64,000 nucleotides of DNA, from assembly GCA_030648715.1 (NCBI GenBank), contig JAUSGZ010000014.1, forward strand, positions 1,055 to 65,054. The letters run 5' to 3'. This DNA is from a bacterium. Lineage in GTDB: Bacteria > Patescibacteriota > Patescibacteriia > Buchananbacterales > GWA2-38-13. The notes under the pieces are model-generated. The model was given only the letters and a program-made list of their open reading frames with translations. It did no database searches and was not told where the DNA came from. The translations under genes were made by a program, and so were the position numbers. Shown here in pieces: positions 56,143 to 64,000 of the stretch (the stretch's first letter is position 1; every line of letters starts with the position of its first letter).

Positions 56143-56457
56143 ATGGCTCTTCGTGAAATCGGCGACCAAAATTTCGAAACGGAAGTTCTCAAAGCCCCCG
56201 GCGTGGTGCTGGTGGATTTTTGGGCGCCGTGGTGCGCACCGTGCCGCGTGCAGCATCCCATCCTGGAAGAGCTCGCCGGGGAGATGAAAAACGTGACTTT
56301 CGCGTCGATCAACGTCGACGAACACCCAACGGTCGGCGGCCGCTACCAGATCATGAGCATTCCGACGCTCATCGCATTCAAGGGCGGCGCCCCCGTCGCC
56401 CAATTCATCGGTTTGCAGAGCAAGGAAGCGTTACGCGCCAAACTTGGCGGCCTCTAA
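56143..56457 (+). CDS. trxA: Thioredoxin
   Basis: 'VDFWAPWCAPC', 'SIPT'. Confidence 0.95.
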   Translation: MALREIGDQNFETEVLKAPGVVLVDFWAPWCAPCRVQHPILEELAGEMKNVTFASINVDEHPTVGGRYQIMSIPTLIAFKGGAPVAQFIGLQSKEALRAKLGGL

Positions 56458-56575
56458 TTTCACCCCTCTGCCCGGTAGGACAACGGTCCGGGCCAAAGAC
56501 AAGTAACAATCAGCGCAAATTCTCTCTTCAGAGGGTAATCGGGTTCCTAAACATTCATCCGTTGTTCCACTGGGT

Positions 56576-57505
56576 ATGGCGGGGAAAACTTACGACGTCA
56601 TCATCATCGGCGCAGGCGCCGCGGGGTTGACTGCGGCCATCTACACCATGCGCAAGCAGCTGCGGACGGTTGTGGTCAGCCCGGAAACGGGCGGGGCAAC
56701 GGCGCTGTCCAACTGGGTGGAGAACTACCCGGGTGCGAAAGCGATGCCCGGATTGGAGCTGATGGAACAGTTCAAGGCGCAAGTTACCGCGCTGGGAACC
56801 CCGCTGGTGGCGACGAAAGTGAAGGGCATTACGCCGGGCGTAACCTTCCGCGTCGCCCTGGAGAACGGCGAGACCATTTCCGGCCGCGCGCTCATCATCA
56901 CCGCCGGCAAGGTCCCGCGGCGGCTCAACGTGCCCGGCGAGGATAAATTCTTCGGTCGCGGGGTATCCACCTGCGCCACCTGCGACGGTCCGCTGTTCAA
57001 GGGCAAACCCATCGCCATCGTCGGCGGCGGGAACGCGGCCGTCGAAGCGGCGCTGGAACTGGCCGAGATCGCCAAGCCCGTCTACCTCATTCACCGGCGC
57101 GACACCTTCCGCGCCGATGAGATCACGGTCGCTAAGCTGAAAACCAGCGCAGTTCAGCTCGTGCTGGGAAGCGAGGTGACGGCCGTGCACGGCGACCGGT
57201 TCCTGAACGGCCTGACCGTACGCGACCAGGCCGGTACCATCCGCGAGCTGTCGGTCAACGGACTGTTCCTGGAGATCGGTTCAGATACCGACCCGGTGCT
57301 AGTTGCCCCGTTCGCGAAGAACGACGCCAATGAGATCCTGGTCGACGCGCGGCAACGCACCAACATCCCGGGAGCGTTCGCGGCGGGCGACGTCACGGAT
57401 GTCGCCTACAAACAGACGGTCATTTCGGCTGGCGACGGAGCGCAGGCGGCACTGGAAGCCCACCGGTTCCTGACCGTGCCGGGCTACCATTGGCCAAAAC
57501 AGTAA
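56576..57505 (+). CDS. trxB: Thioredoxin reductase
   Basis: GAGAAG, 'CATCDG', 'GGGNAA', 'FAAGD'. Confidence 0.93.
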   Translation: MAGKTYDVIIIGAGAAGLTAAIYTMRKQLRTVVVSPETGGATALSNWVENYPGAKAMPGLELMEQFKAQVTALGTPLVATKVKGITPGVTFRVALENGETISGRALIITAGKVPRRLNVPGEDKFFGRGVSTCATCDGPLFKGKPIAIVGGGNAAVEAALELAEIAKPVYLIHRRDTFRADEITVAKLKTSAVQLVLGSEVTAVHGDRFLNGLTVRDQAGTIRELSVNGLFLEIGSDTDPVLVAPFAKNDANEILVDARQRTNIPGAFAAGDVTDVAYKQTVISAGDGAQAALEAHRFLTVPGYHWPKQ

Positions 57506-57522
57506 GTGAACGAAAGCAGCGC

Positions 57523-57547
57523 AAAAACCCCCGTCGTCGGGGGTTTT
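57523..57547. terminator. Terminator after trxB
   Basis: aaaaacccccg tcgt cgggggtttt. Confidence 0.75.
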
Positions 57548-57898
57548 CTTTCACCGCGCCAACCTACTGCAGTGACCGCAGGAGCATTTCCTGCGTTTCT
57601 GCCGGCAGGGGCAGGGTGTCTCGCTCTCCCGCCGCTCGCGGCGCCAGGCTGCGGTCGGATTGCGGCCGCACCGTCGGCAGGGATTTCGTTTTGGAACTCG
57701 GTGACGTCAGGGAAGCGATCATATCTATAGTCACAACGGTAGCGGTCCACGGCATCTCCGTCAATAATAAAAATGGCTAAATTTAGCTAAAAATTGACTA
57801 TCCACCGATATTTTTGCTGTATTCCGCACTTACGTTGCACGTTTCCCACAACCTTTCAAAGTGTTATACCGAGACTATCCCCACCTTATCCCAGTCGA

Positions 57899-58525
57899 AT
57901 GATCCGCCCCAATTTCTCGAACGAAAAAGAAATGTTTGCCGCCGGCATCAAGGTCGTCGCAGGATTGGATGAGGTCGGCCGGGGCGCCTGGGCCGGACCG
58001 CTGATCGCCGGCGCGGTGGCGTTAACCCCCGAGCTGCTCCGCGCAGGCAAACGGATCGCGCGGCTGGTGCGCGATTCCAAAACGCTGAGCGAACGCCAGC
58101 GGGAGCGCGCGTATGAGCAGCTGACCGCCGCGCTGCCGTGGGCGGTCGGCACAGCGTCCGCCGGAGAGATCGACGCCTTCGGGGTTACTGCCGCCAACCA
58201 GCAGGCGCTCACCCGCGCCGCCGCCGCGCTGCCCGCGCGCGCCGATTTCCTCCTGGTGGACGGCCGCGGATTTTCCTTTCCTACGCCGTATCGGCAGGTC
58301 GTGGATGGCGATGCGCGGATATTCTCCGTCGCGGCCGCGTCCATCATCGCCAAGGTGACCCGCGACCGCTTGATGGCGATGCTTCACCGCCGCTACCCCG
58401 GCTATGGATTTGATCGCCACCGCGGGTACGGCACCCCCGAACACCAGGCGGCGCTGGGTCGCCTGGGTTGCTGTCCCCTGCACCGCCGTTCCTACCGGCC
58501 GATCGCGGCACTCGCGTCGGCGTAA
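57899..58525 (+). CDS. rnhB: Ribonuclease HII
   Basis: 'GLDEVGRGAWAGP', 'RDSK', 'VAAASIIAKV.RD', 'GYGT..H', 'HRRSY'. Confidence 0.95.
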   Translation: MIRPNFSNEKEMFAAGIKVVAGLDEVGRGAWAGPLIAGAVALTPELLRAGKRIARLVRDSKTLSERQRERAYEQLTAALPWAVGTASAGEIDAFGVTAANQQALTRAAAALPARADFLLVDGRGFSFPTPYRQVVDGDARIFSVAAASIIAKVTRDRLMAMLHRRYPGYGFDRHRGYGTPEHQAALGRLGCCPLHRRSYRPIAALASA

Positions 58526-58579
58526 CAGTACCCTTCGGCACGGCCGCGAGAACTGCTACACTATGAGTGTACAAAACCT

Positions 58580-59131
58580 ATGACCTACGTTGCCGCTAGT
58601 AATACGATGATCAACGTCGCGGATGTCATCTCCCGGCTGAACCTGCGCGAAGGGATGCGCGTCGCGGATCTCGGCTGCGGCGGGCACGGGCTCTTCACCC
58701 TGCACGTGGCGAAACTGGTCGGCCCCCGCGGGCTGGTCTATGCCGTCGACATCCTTAAATCCACGCTCGCCGAGCTGGCCAAAAAAGCCCGCCTGGACGG
58801 CGCGAGCAACGTCAAACCGATCTGGTCCAACCTGGAAGTCGCCGGCGCCACACCCATTCCGGATGAAAGCGTGGACGCCGCGCTCGTGGTCAACGTCCTG
58901 TTCCAGTCTACCGACCGCGCCGCCTTGCTGCGCGAAGCCCGGCGCGTCATGAAACCCGGCGCGCGGATTGCCCTCGTGGACTGGCAGCCGGGGGCCTCGC
59001 CGTTCGGCCCGCCCGCAACGGCGCGCCTGACGCCGAAAGCCGCCGCCACGCACGCCCAGGCCGCCGGGTTCAAACTACTGGAAGCGTTCGCCGCCGGCAA
59101 ATACCACTACGGCCTGATATTGACGCGGTAG
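58580..59131 (+). CDS. Class I SAM-dependent methyltransferase
   Basis: 'VADLGCGG.G', 'VYAVDI', 'MKPG'. Confidence 0.88.
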   Translation: MTYVAASNTMINVADVISRLNLREGMRVADLGCGGHGLFTLHVAKLVGPRGLVYAVDILKSTLAELAKKARLDGASNVKPIWSNLEVAGATPIPDESVDAALVVNVLFQSTDRAALLREARRVMKPGARIALVDWQPGASPFGPPATARLTPKAAATHAQAAGFKLLEAFAAGKYHYGLILTR

Positions 59132-59158
59132 CGCGAACACGGGTACGATAGGACATCT

Positions 59159-59563
59159 ATGAACCAGATCTCCTACTATCTTAATTTCGACTACCTCCTG
59201 AACCTGCGACCCAACCCGCTCGGACCGGCCGGGCGCGTGCTGCTGCCGCTCGTGGTCGCTGCCTGCCTGGCGGCGGCTAGTATCCTACAGCGCCGCGCCG
59301 CGGCATCCGCCGACCCGATCCTACGCGCCGGGCTGCAGCGTCTCCGCACGCCGTTGCTGACCATGGGCATCATCGGCGCCCTGTTCACGGTCGTCGCGTG
59401 GCTGGGCGTGCCGATCCTGTCCATCCGCGTGGTGCTGCCCGCCTGGGTCCTGGTCACCGCGTGGTGGCTCCTGACCGTCTCCCGCAAAGAGTGGGGAAGC
59501 CTCCCACAGCGCCGTGCCGCGCGTGAGCAGCGCCTGCTGAAGGAAAAATACCTGCCCAAATGA
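59159..59563 (+). CDS. Hypothetical 3-TM membrane protein
   Basis: Operonic position; C-terminal 'EKYLPK'. Confidence 0.75.
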   Translation: MNQISYYLNFDYLLNLRPNPLGPAGRVLLPLVVAACLAAASILQRRAAASADPILRAGLQRLRTPLLTMGIIGALFTVVAWLGVPILSIRVVLPAWVLVTAWWLLTVSRKEWGSLPQRRAAREQRLLKEKYLPK

Positions 59564-59591
59564 AAAACCGCGGCCTCAAGGCCGTGGTTTT

Positions 59592-59640
59592 TCATCCCGA
59601 GCGGAGTCCCGCGGCCGCGGGACGGTGTCGAGGGATCCCC
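59592..59640. repeat. REP-like palindrome related (inverted) to 33098-33126
   Basis: TCATCCCGAGCGG-[AGTCCCG..CGGGACG]-GTGTCGAGGGATCCCC versus the reverse complement GTCATCCCGAGCCGGGTCGAGGGATCCCC. Confidence 0.7.
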
Positions 59641-59665
59641 ATTTTACGCTTTACACTTTCATGAG

Positions 59666-60031
59666 ATGGGCCTTATCGGCAATTTCCTCGGCCAGCGCGG
59701 GGAACGGCTAGCCGAAAAATTCTTACGCCGCAAAGGCTACCGAACGGTAGCCCGTAATTTTCGCACCCGCGAGGGCGAATTGGACCTGGTCTGCCGCGAC
59801 GGCGACTGCCTCGTCTTCGTTGAGGTGAAAACGCGCACCACCGGCGGCCTGGGCTTTCCGGAAGACGCCGTGACTGCGGACAAACAGCGCAAGCTGATCT
59901 CTGCGGTCAACGCCTACCTGGCGCGGCTGCGACAACCGCCCGCCAGCTTCCGCATCGATGTGGTCAGCATTATCACGGCCGCCCAAAGGCAGCCGCAGAT
60001 CATCCACCTGGAGAATATCACCGGCTCATGA
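59666..60031 (+). CDS. yraN: YraN family (UPF0102) endonuclease-like protein
   Basis: 'G..GE..A..FL..KGY..RNFR..GELDLV..FVEVKTR', 'RIDVV'. Confidence 0.92.
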   Translation: MGLIGNFLGQRGERLAEKFLRRKGYRTVARNFRTREGELDLVCRDGDCLVFVEVKTRTTGGLGFPEDAVTADKQRKLISAVNAYLARLRQPPASFRIDVVSIITAAQRQPQIIHLENITGS

Positions 60032-60165
60032 CGGCAGCTCCCGATCAACGGCGCTCGCGGCAGCACCGGGGGACGGCTTCTTGACAGCTGCCGCGGGATT
60101 CGAGTAGACTGTACACAAGGTAGCCTTACGGCTACTTAAAATTTTGCCTTTTAATCTTGGCACCT

Positions 60166-61479
60166 ATGCGTATGGATGTGGAGCAGCGCTCCGCGATCGC
60201 CGCGGCGATCAAACAGATCTGCGAGGAGAAGAATATCTCCTACGACGCCGTCATTGAGACCATTGAGTCGGCGCTCGGCGCGGCCTATCGAAAGGACTAC
60301 GGCAACCGGATGCAGAACATCAAGGTCAAGTTCGACGTGGAAACCGGCAAAATGACGGTCCATGACGTCAAAACGGTCGTTGAGGACCTGCCGCCGGAAC
60401 TACAGGAGGCCGCCCAGGCGGCGGCGGCCGAAGGCGTCCCGCTGCCCGCGACCCCGCCAGTACCGTCTGCCGACGGCACCGTTCCCGCCGGAGACGGCGC
60501 CGACAAGCCGCGCTTCAACCCCAAAACCGAGATCCAGCTCTCCGATGCCAAAAAGATCAAGGATGACAGCAATGTCGGCGAAGAACTGGTGCAGGAACTG
60601 CCGACCCCCGGCGCGTTCGGCCGCATGGCCGCGCAGACCGCCAAGCAGGTCATTACCCAGAAGATCCGCGAAGCGGAACGCGAAATGGTCTACAACGAGC
60701 TGAAGGGACGCGAAGGCTCCATCGTCGTCGGTACCGTCCAGCGCCGCGAAGGGCGCATGGTGCTGATCGATCTGGGCCGCGTGGCCGCGCTGCTGCCGCC
60801 CGAAGAGCAGATCGAACGCGAACCGTACATCCCCGGCGAACGCATCAAAGTCTACATAATCTCCGTGACCAAGGGGACCCGCGGACCGGAGATCGTCGTC
60901 TCGCGCTCGCACGCGCAGATCGTGGACACCCTCTTCCACACCGAGATCCCGGAGATCGCCAACGGGACGGTACAGATCAAGGGCATCGCCCGCGAAGCCG
61001 GTTCGCGCACCAAGGTCGCCGTCTGGACCGAGGACGAGAACATCGACCCGATCGGCTCCTGCATCGGGCAGCGCGGCGCGCGCGTCCAAACCATCATCGC
61101 CGAACTACGCGGCGAAAAGATCGACATCATCCAGTACAACGCCAACCCCAACGAATTTTTGGCCAACGCCCTGTCGCCAGCCAAGGTCACCAGCATCCAG
61201 GTGAACGGAGAGGCGCGCACGGCCGTCGTCACCGTGCCGGAGGACCAATTAAGCCTGGCCATCGGCCGCGGGGGACAGAACGTGCGCCTGGCGGCCAAAC
61301 TCACCGGCTACAAGATCGATATCATCTCGTCGGGCAAACTGGCGGAAGGCGGCACCGTCGCGCCCGAAGCGTCGGCCACGCCCGAGGGTACCGTCGCCGA
61401 AGCTGCGGCGGAAACTCCGACGGCCGTTCCAGCGGAACAGGAAACAAAGCCGGAAGAACCGGCCGCCCCCACAGTGTAA
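60166..61479 (+). CDS. nusA: Transcription termination/antitermination factor NusA
   Basis: 'FGRMAAQTAKQVI.QKIREAER', S1 and KH 'AREAGSRTKVAV', 'AIGRGGQNVRLA'; promoter TTGACA(60081)-18-TAGACT. Confidence 0.97.
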   Translation: MRMDVEQRSAIAAAIKQICEEKNISYDAVIETIESALGAAYRKDYGNRMQNIKVKFDVETGKMTVHDVKTVVEDLPPELQEAAQAAAAEGVPLPATPPVPSADGTVPAGDGADKPRFNPKTEIQLSDAKKIKDDSNVGEELVQELPTPGAFGRMAAQTAKQVITQKIREAEREMVYNELKGREGSIVVGTVQRREGRMVLIDLGRVAALLPPEEQIEREPYIPGERIKVYIISVTKGTRGPEIVVSRSHAQIVDTLFHTEIPEIANGTVQIKGIAREAGSRTKVAVWTEDENIDPIGSCIGQRGARVQTIIAELRGEKIDIIQYNANPNEFLANALSPAKVTSIQVNGEARTAVVTVPEDQLSLAIGRGGQNVRLAAKLTGYKIDIISSGKLAEGGTVAPEASATPEGTVAEAAAETPTAVPAEQETKPEEPAAPTV

Positions 61480-61504
61480 TTTTTGAAGTTTGACTTTTCA
61501 TCCT

Positions 61505-63562
61505 ATGTTGATCCTCGTGTTCATGGTCGGCCTCGCCGGGGTGGCAGTGGCCTACGTACTCTCCCGCCAAGTCCTCAAGGCGGATACCGGCACCGCGGAA
61601 ATGCAGTCGGTCGCCCTCGCCATCAAGCAAGGCGCGGGCGCGTACCTGAAACGGCAGAACACCACCATTGCCATCATCATCGGCATCCTGGCGCTGGTCA
61701 TCTACGTGCTGTACGGCGCGCGCGGCGAAATGGGGATCGGCCTGAAGACCGTCGGGGCGTTCGTCGCCGGCGCGGTCCTGTCGGCGCTCTCGGGATACTT
61801 CGGCATGGCCATCGCGGTGCGGGCCAACCTCCGCACGGCGGCGGGCGCCAAGGTCAGCGTTAACCGCGCGCTGCAACTGGCGCTGCGCGGCGGCGCCGTC
61901 GCCGGATTTTTGGTCGTGTCGCTGTCGCTGCTGGGCGTCGCCGGCCTGTTCTACCTGTTCGGCGGCCTGCAAAACCCGACCGTTGTTCCGATGCAGCTGG
62001 TCGGCTTTGGCTTTGGCGCCAGCTTGGTCGCGCTGTTCGCGCAACTCGGCGGCGGCATCTACACCAAAGCCGCCGACGTCGGCGCGGACTTGGTCGGCAA
62101 AGTTGAGGCCGGAATTCCGGAAGACGACCTGCGCAACCCGGCCGTCGTCGCAGACCTGGTCGGTGACAACGTCGGCGACTGCGCGGGCCGCGGCGCCGAC
62201 CTCTTTGAGAGCAGCGTCGCCGAGAGCCTGGGCGCCATGATCATCGGCATTGCGATGTACGAGGTCTTCGGGCTGGGCGGCATCATCTTCGCGCTGGTGG
62301 CCCACGCGCTGGGCTTGGTGGCTTCAATGATCGGCGTGTTCACCGTCAAGGTCAAAGGCGACGAGGACCCGATGAAGTCGCTCAACCGCGGCTTTTTGGT
62401 CACTGCGGCGCTGGCGTTCGTCGGCTTTGCCGCCGCCGCGCGCCTGCTGCTCTACACGGACACCGCCCCGAAGGCGTGGCTGCTGTTCGCCGCCTGCGGG
62501 TTGCTGGGGCTGCTCACCTCGCTGGCGTTCCTGTTCATCACCCAGTACTACACCAGCCACCGCTACCGCCCGGTCAAATCCATCGTGGAAGCGTCGCGAA
62601 CGGGTGCTGCCACCAACATCATCACCGGTTTTGCCGTCGCCCTGGAAAATACCTTCGCCCCGGTCATCGTGGTCGGCGTCGCGCTCCTGACCTCCCACTG
62701 GCTGGGCGGCCTCACCGGATTGGACGGCGGTGGACTGTTTGGCACCGCTCTCGCGACGATGGGAATGCTGTCCACGGTCGGCTACGTGCTGGCGATGGAC
62801 ACCTTTGGCCCCATCACGGACAACGCCGGCGGCATCGTGGAAATGTCCAACGCTTCCGAAGATGTGCGTAACACGACCGACAAGCTCGACGCCGTAGGAA
62901 ACACCACCAAAGCGCTGACCAAAGGCTACGCGGTCGGGTCGGCGGCATTGGCGGCGTTCCTGTTGTTCTCGGCGTACCTGGAAGCCGCCGGGCTGGAGTC
63001 CATCGACCTGGCCAAGCCCGTGGTGTTCGTCGGAGCGCTGATGGGCGGAATGCTGGTCTTCCTGTTCGCGTCGCTCGCCATCCGCGCGGTCGGCAAAGGT
63101 GCGTACTACATCATCAACGACGTGCGCGACCAGTTCAAAGAAAATCCCGGCATCATGGCCGGGACCAGCAAGCCCAACTACGCCCGTTGCGTGGACATTG
63201 CCACCAAAGGCGCCCTCAAGCAGATGGTCCTGCCCGGCATCGTCGCCGTCGCCGTCCCGACGCTGGTGGGCGTGCTGCTGGGGCCGGAAGCCGTCGGCGG
63301 CACCCTGATGGTCGGCACCATCGCCGGCGTCCTGCTGGCGCTGGTCCTCAACAACGGGGGCGGCGCGTGGGACAACGCCAAGAAGTACGTGGAAACCGGC
63401 GTCTACGGCGGCAAGGGTTCCGACGTCCACAATGCAACCGTCGTTGGCGACACCGTCGGCGATCCCTTCAAGGACACCGCCGGACCCAGCTTGCACGTGC
63501 TCATCAAACTGTTGTCCACGCTGACGCTGGTGCTATTGCCCCTGTTCACGTTGTTCCGCTGA
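61505..63562 (+). CDS. hppA: Membrane-integral ion-translocating pyrophosphatase
   Basis: 'GGIYTKAADVGADLVGKVE', 'DNVGD', 'DNAGG', 'GNTTKA', 'GDTVGDPFKDT.GP'. Confidence 0.96.
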   Translation: MLILVFMVGLAGVAVAYVLSRQVLKADTGTAEMQSVALAIKQGAGAYLKRQNTTIAIIIGILALVIYVLYGARGEMGIGLKTVGAFVAGAVLSALSGYFGMAIAVRANLRTAAGAKVSVNRALQLALRGGAVAGFLVVSLSLLGVAGLFYLFGGLQNPTVVPMQLVGFGFGASLVALFAQLGGGIYTKAADVGADLVGKVEAGIPEDDLRNPAVVADLVGDNVGDCAGRGADLFESSVAESLGAMIIGIAMYEVFGLGGIIFALVAHALGLVASMIGVFTVKVKGDEDPMKSLNRGFLVTAALAFVGFAAAARLLLYTDTAPKAWLLFAACGLLGLLTSLAFLFITQYYTSHRYRPVKSIVEASRTGAATNIITGFAVALENTFAPVIVVGVALLTSHWLGGLTGLDGGGLFGTALATMGMLSTVGYVLAMDTFGPITDNAGGIVEMSNASEDVRNTTDKLDAVGNTTKALTKGYAVGSAALAAFLLFSAYLEAAGLESIDLAKPVVFVGALMGGMLVFLFASLAIRAVGKGAYYIINDVRDQFKENPGIMAGTSKPNYARCVDIATKGALKQMVLPGIVAVAVPTLVGVLLGPEAVGGTLMVGTIAGVLLALVLNNGGGAWDNAKKYVETGVYGGKGSDVHNATVVGDTVGDPFKDTAGPSLHVLIKLLSTLTLVLLPLFTLFR

Positions 63563-63566
63563 TCCC

Positions 63567-64000
63567 ATGGACGTCGCTGCAAAAAAACTGCCGCGCGGAC
63601 AGGCGGAGCTGACCGTCACGCTGACCGCGGACGAATATGTACCCTTCCTCCACCGCGCCGCAGCCGAAGTTTCCGCGCACCTGACCATCCCCGGGTTCCG
63701 TCCGGGCAAAGCCCCGTATGAGGTGGTGACAGAAAAGATCGGCGAGGCCAAGCTGTGGGAAGAGGCCTTAGAAACTGCGGTCAAACGCACCTACCCGCAA
63801 GCGCTCGAGCAAGCCAAATTGGAACCCGTCGGCTCGCCGCAGATCGGCATCACCAAGCTCGCGCCCGGCAACCCGGTCGTCTACCGCGCCACCGTCAACC
63901 TGCTGCCCGAGGTGCAGTTGAGCGACCTTTCGCGCATCAAGGTGGAACGCCGTGCGCCAACGGTCGCGGATGCCGATGTGGCAAAGACCCTGGAAGACCT
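63567..64000 (+). CDS. tig: Trigger factor (partial, runs off window)
   Basis: Manual translation MDVAAKKLPRGQAELTVTL...IPGFRPGKAP contains the ribosome-binding signature. Confidence 0.93.
   Translation, partial: MDVAAKKLPRGQAELTVTLTADEYVPFLHRAAAEVSAHLTIPGFRPGKAPYEVVTEKIGEAKLWEEALETAVKRTYPQALEQAKLEPVGSPQIGITKLAPGNPVVYRATVNLLPEVQLSDLSRIKVERRAPTVADADVAKTLED

Noticed and set aside
57564-57764. Small - strand ORF between trxB and rnhB
   Set aside because: It could be a real microprotein, but there is no motif or strong supporting signal, so it was left uncalled.
60385-60510. Ala/Pro-rich insertion in the NusA N-terminal domain
   Set aside because: Low-complexity loop with no nucleotide periodicity or intein motifs; variable loops here are unremarkable.

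Overview
A roughly 60% GC bacterial chromosomal segment (GC judged by eye). Gene content and style point to a Patescibacteria/CPR genome, probably ABY1-like; this is inferred from a NIF3-like protein, ABY1-type secreted repeat domains, output-less response regulators, many GT-C enzymes and SD-less starts. Housekeeping genes are ruvA, ileS, argS, trxA/trxB, rnhB, yraN, nusA, hppA, tig and three tRNAs. There are two large surface-glycosylation clusters (7.7-14.9 kb and 36.4-56.0 kb) and a signalling/lipid region (22.6-36.1 kb). The two strongest candidates for undescribed systems are: (1) a low-GC operon encoding an alpha-oxoamine synthase, an extended SDR and a multi-TM-GAF histidine kinase, with the compositional break inside the kinase gene, resembling a swappable synthase-receptor cassette and lying near a lipid-scavenging esterase/acyl-CoA ligase pair; (2) an unannotated, highly structured ~280-nt non-coding RNA at 45.17-45.45 kb with its own consensus sigma70 promoter and strand-specific terminator. 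Other notable items are in-frame heptamer-repeat insertions in ileS, nested modular palindromic repeats, an internally duplicated PRTase, a Planctomycete-like dockerin-bearing hydrolase, and a strong T(-1)ATG, SD-less start context. No CRISPR array, rRNA, integrase or transposase was seen.
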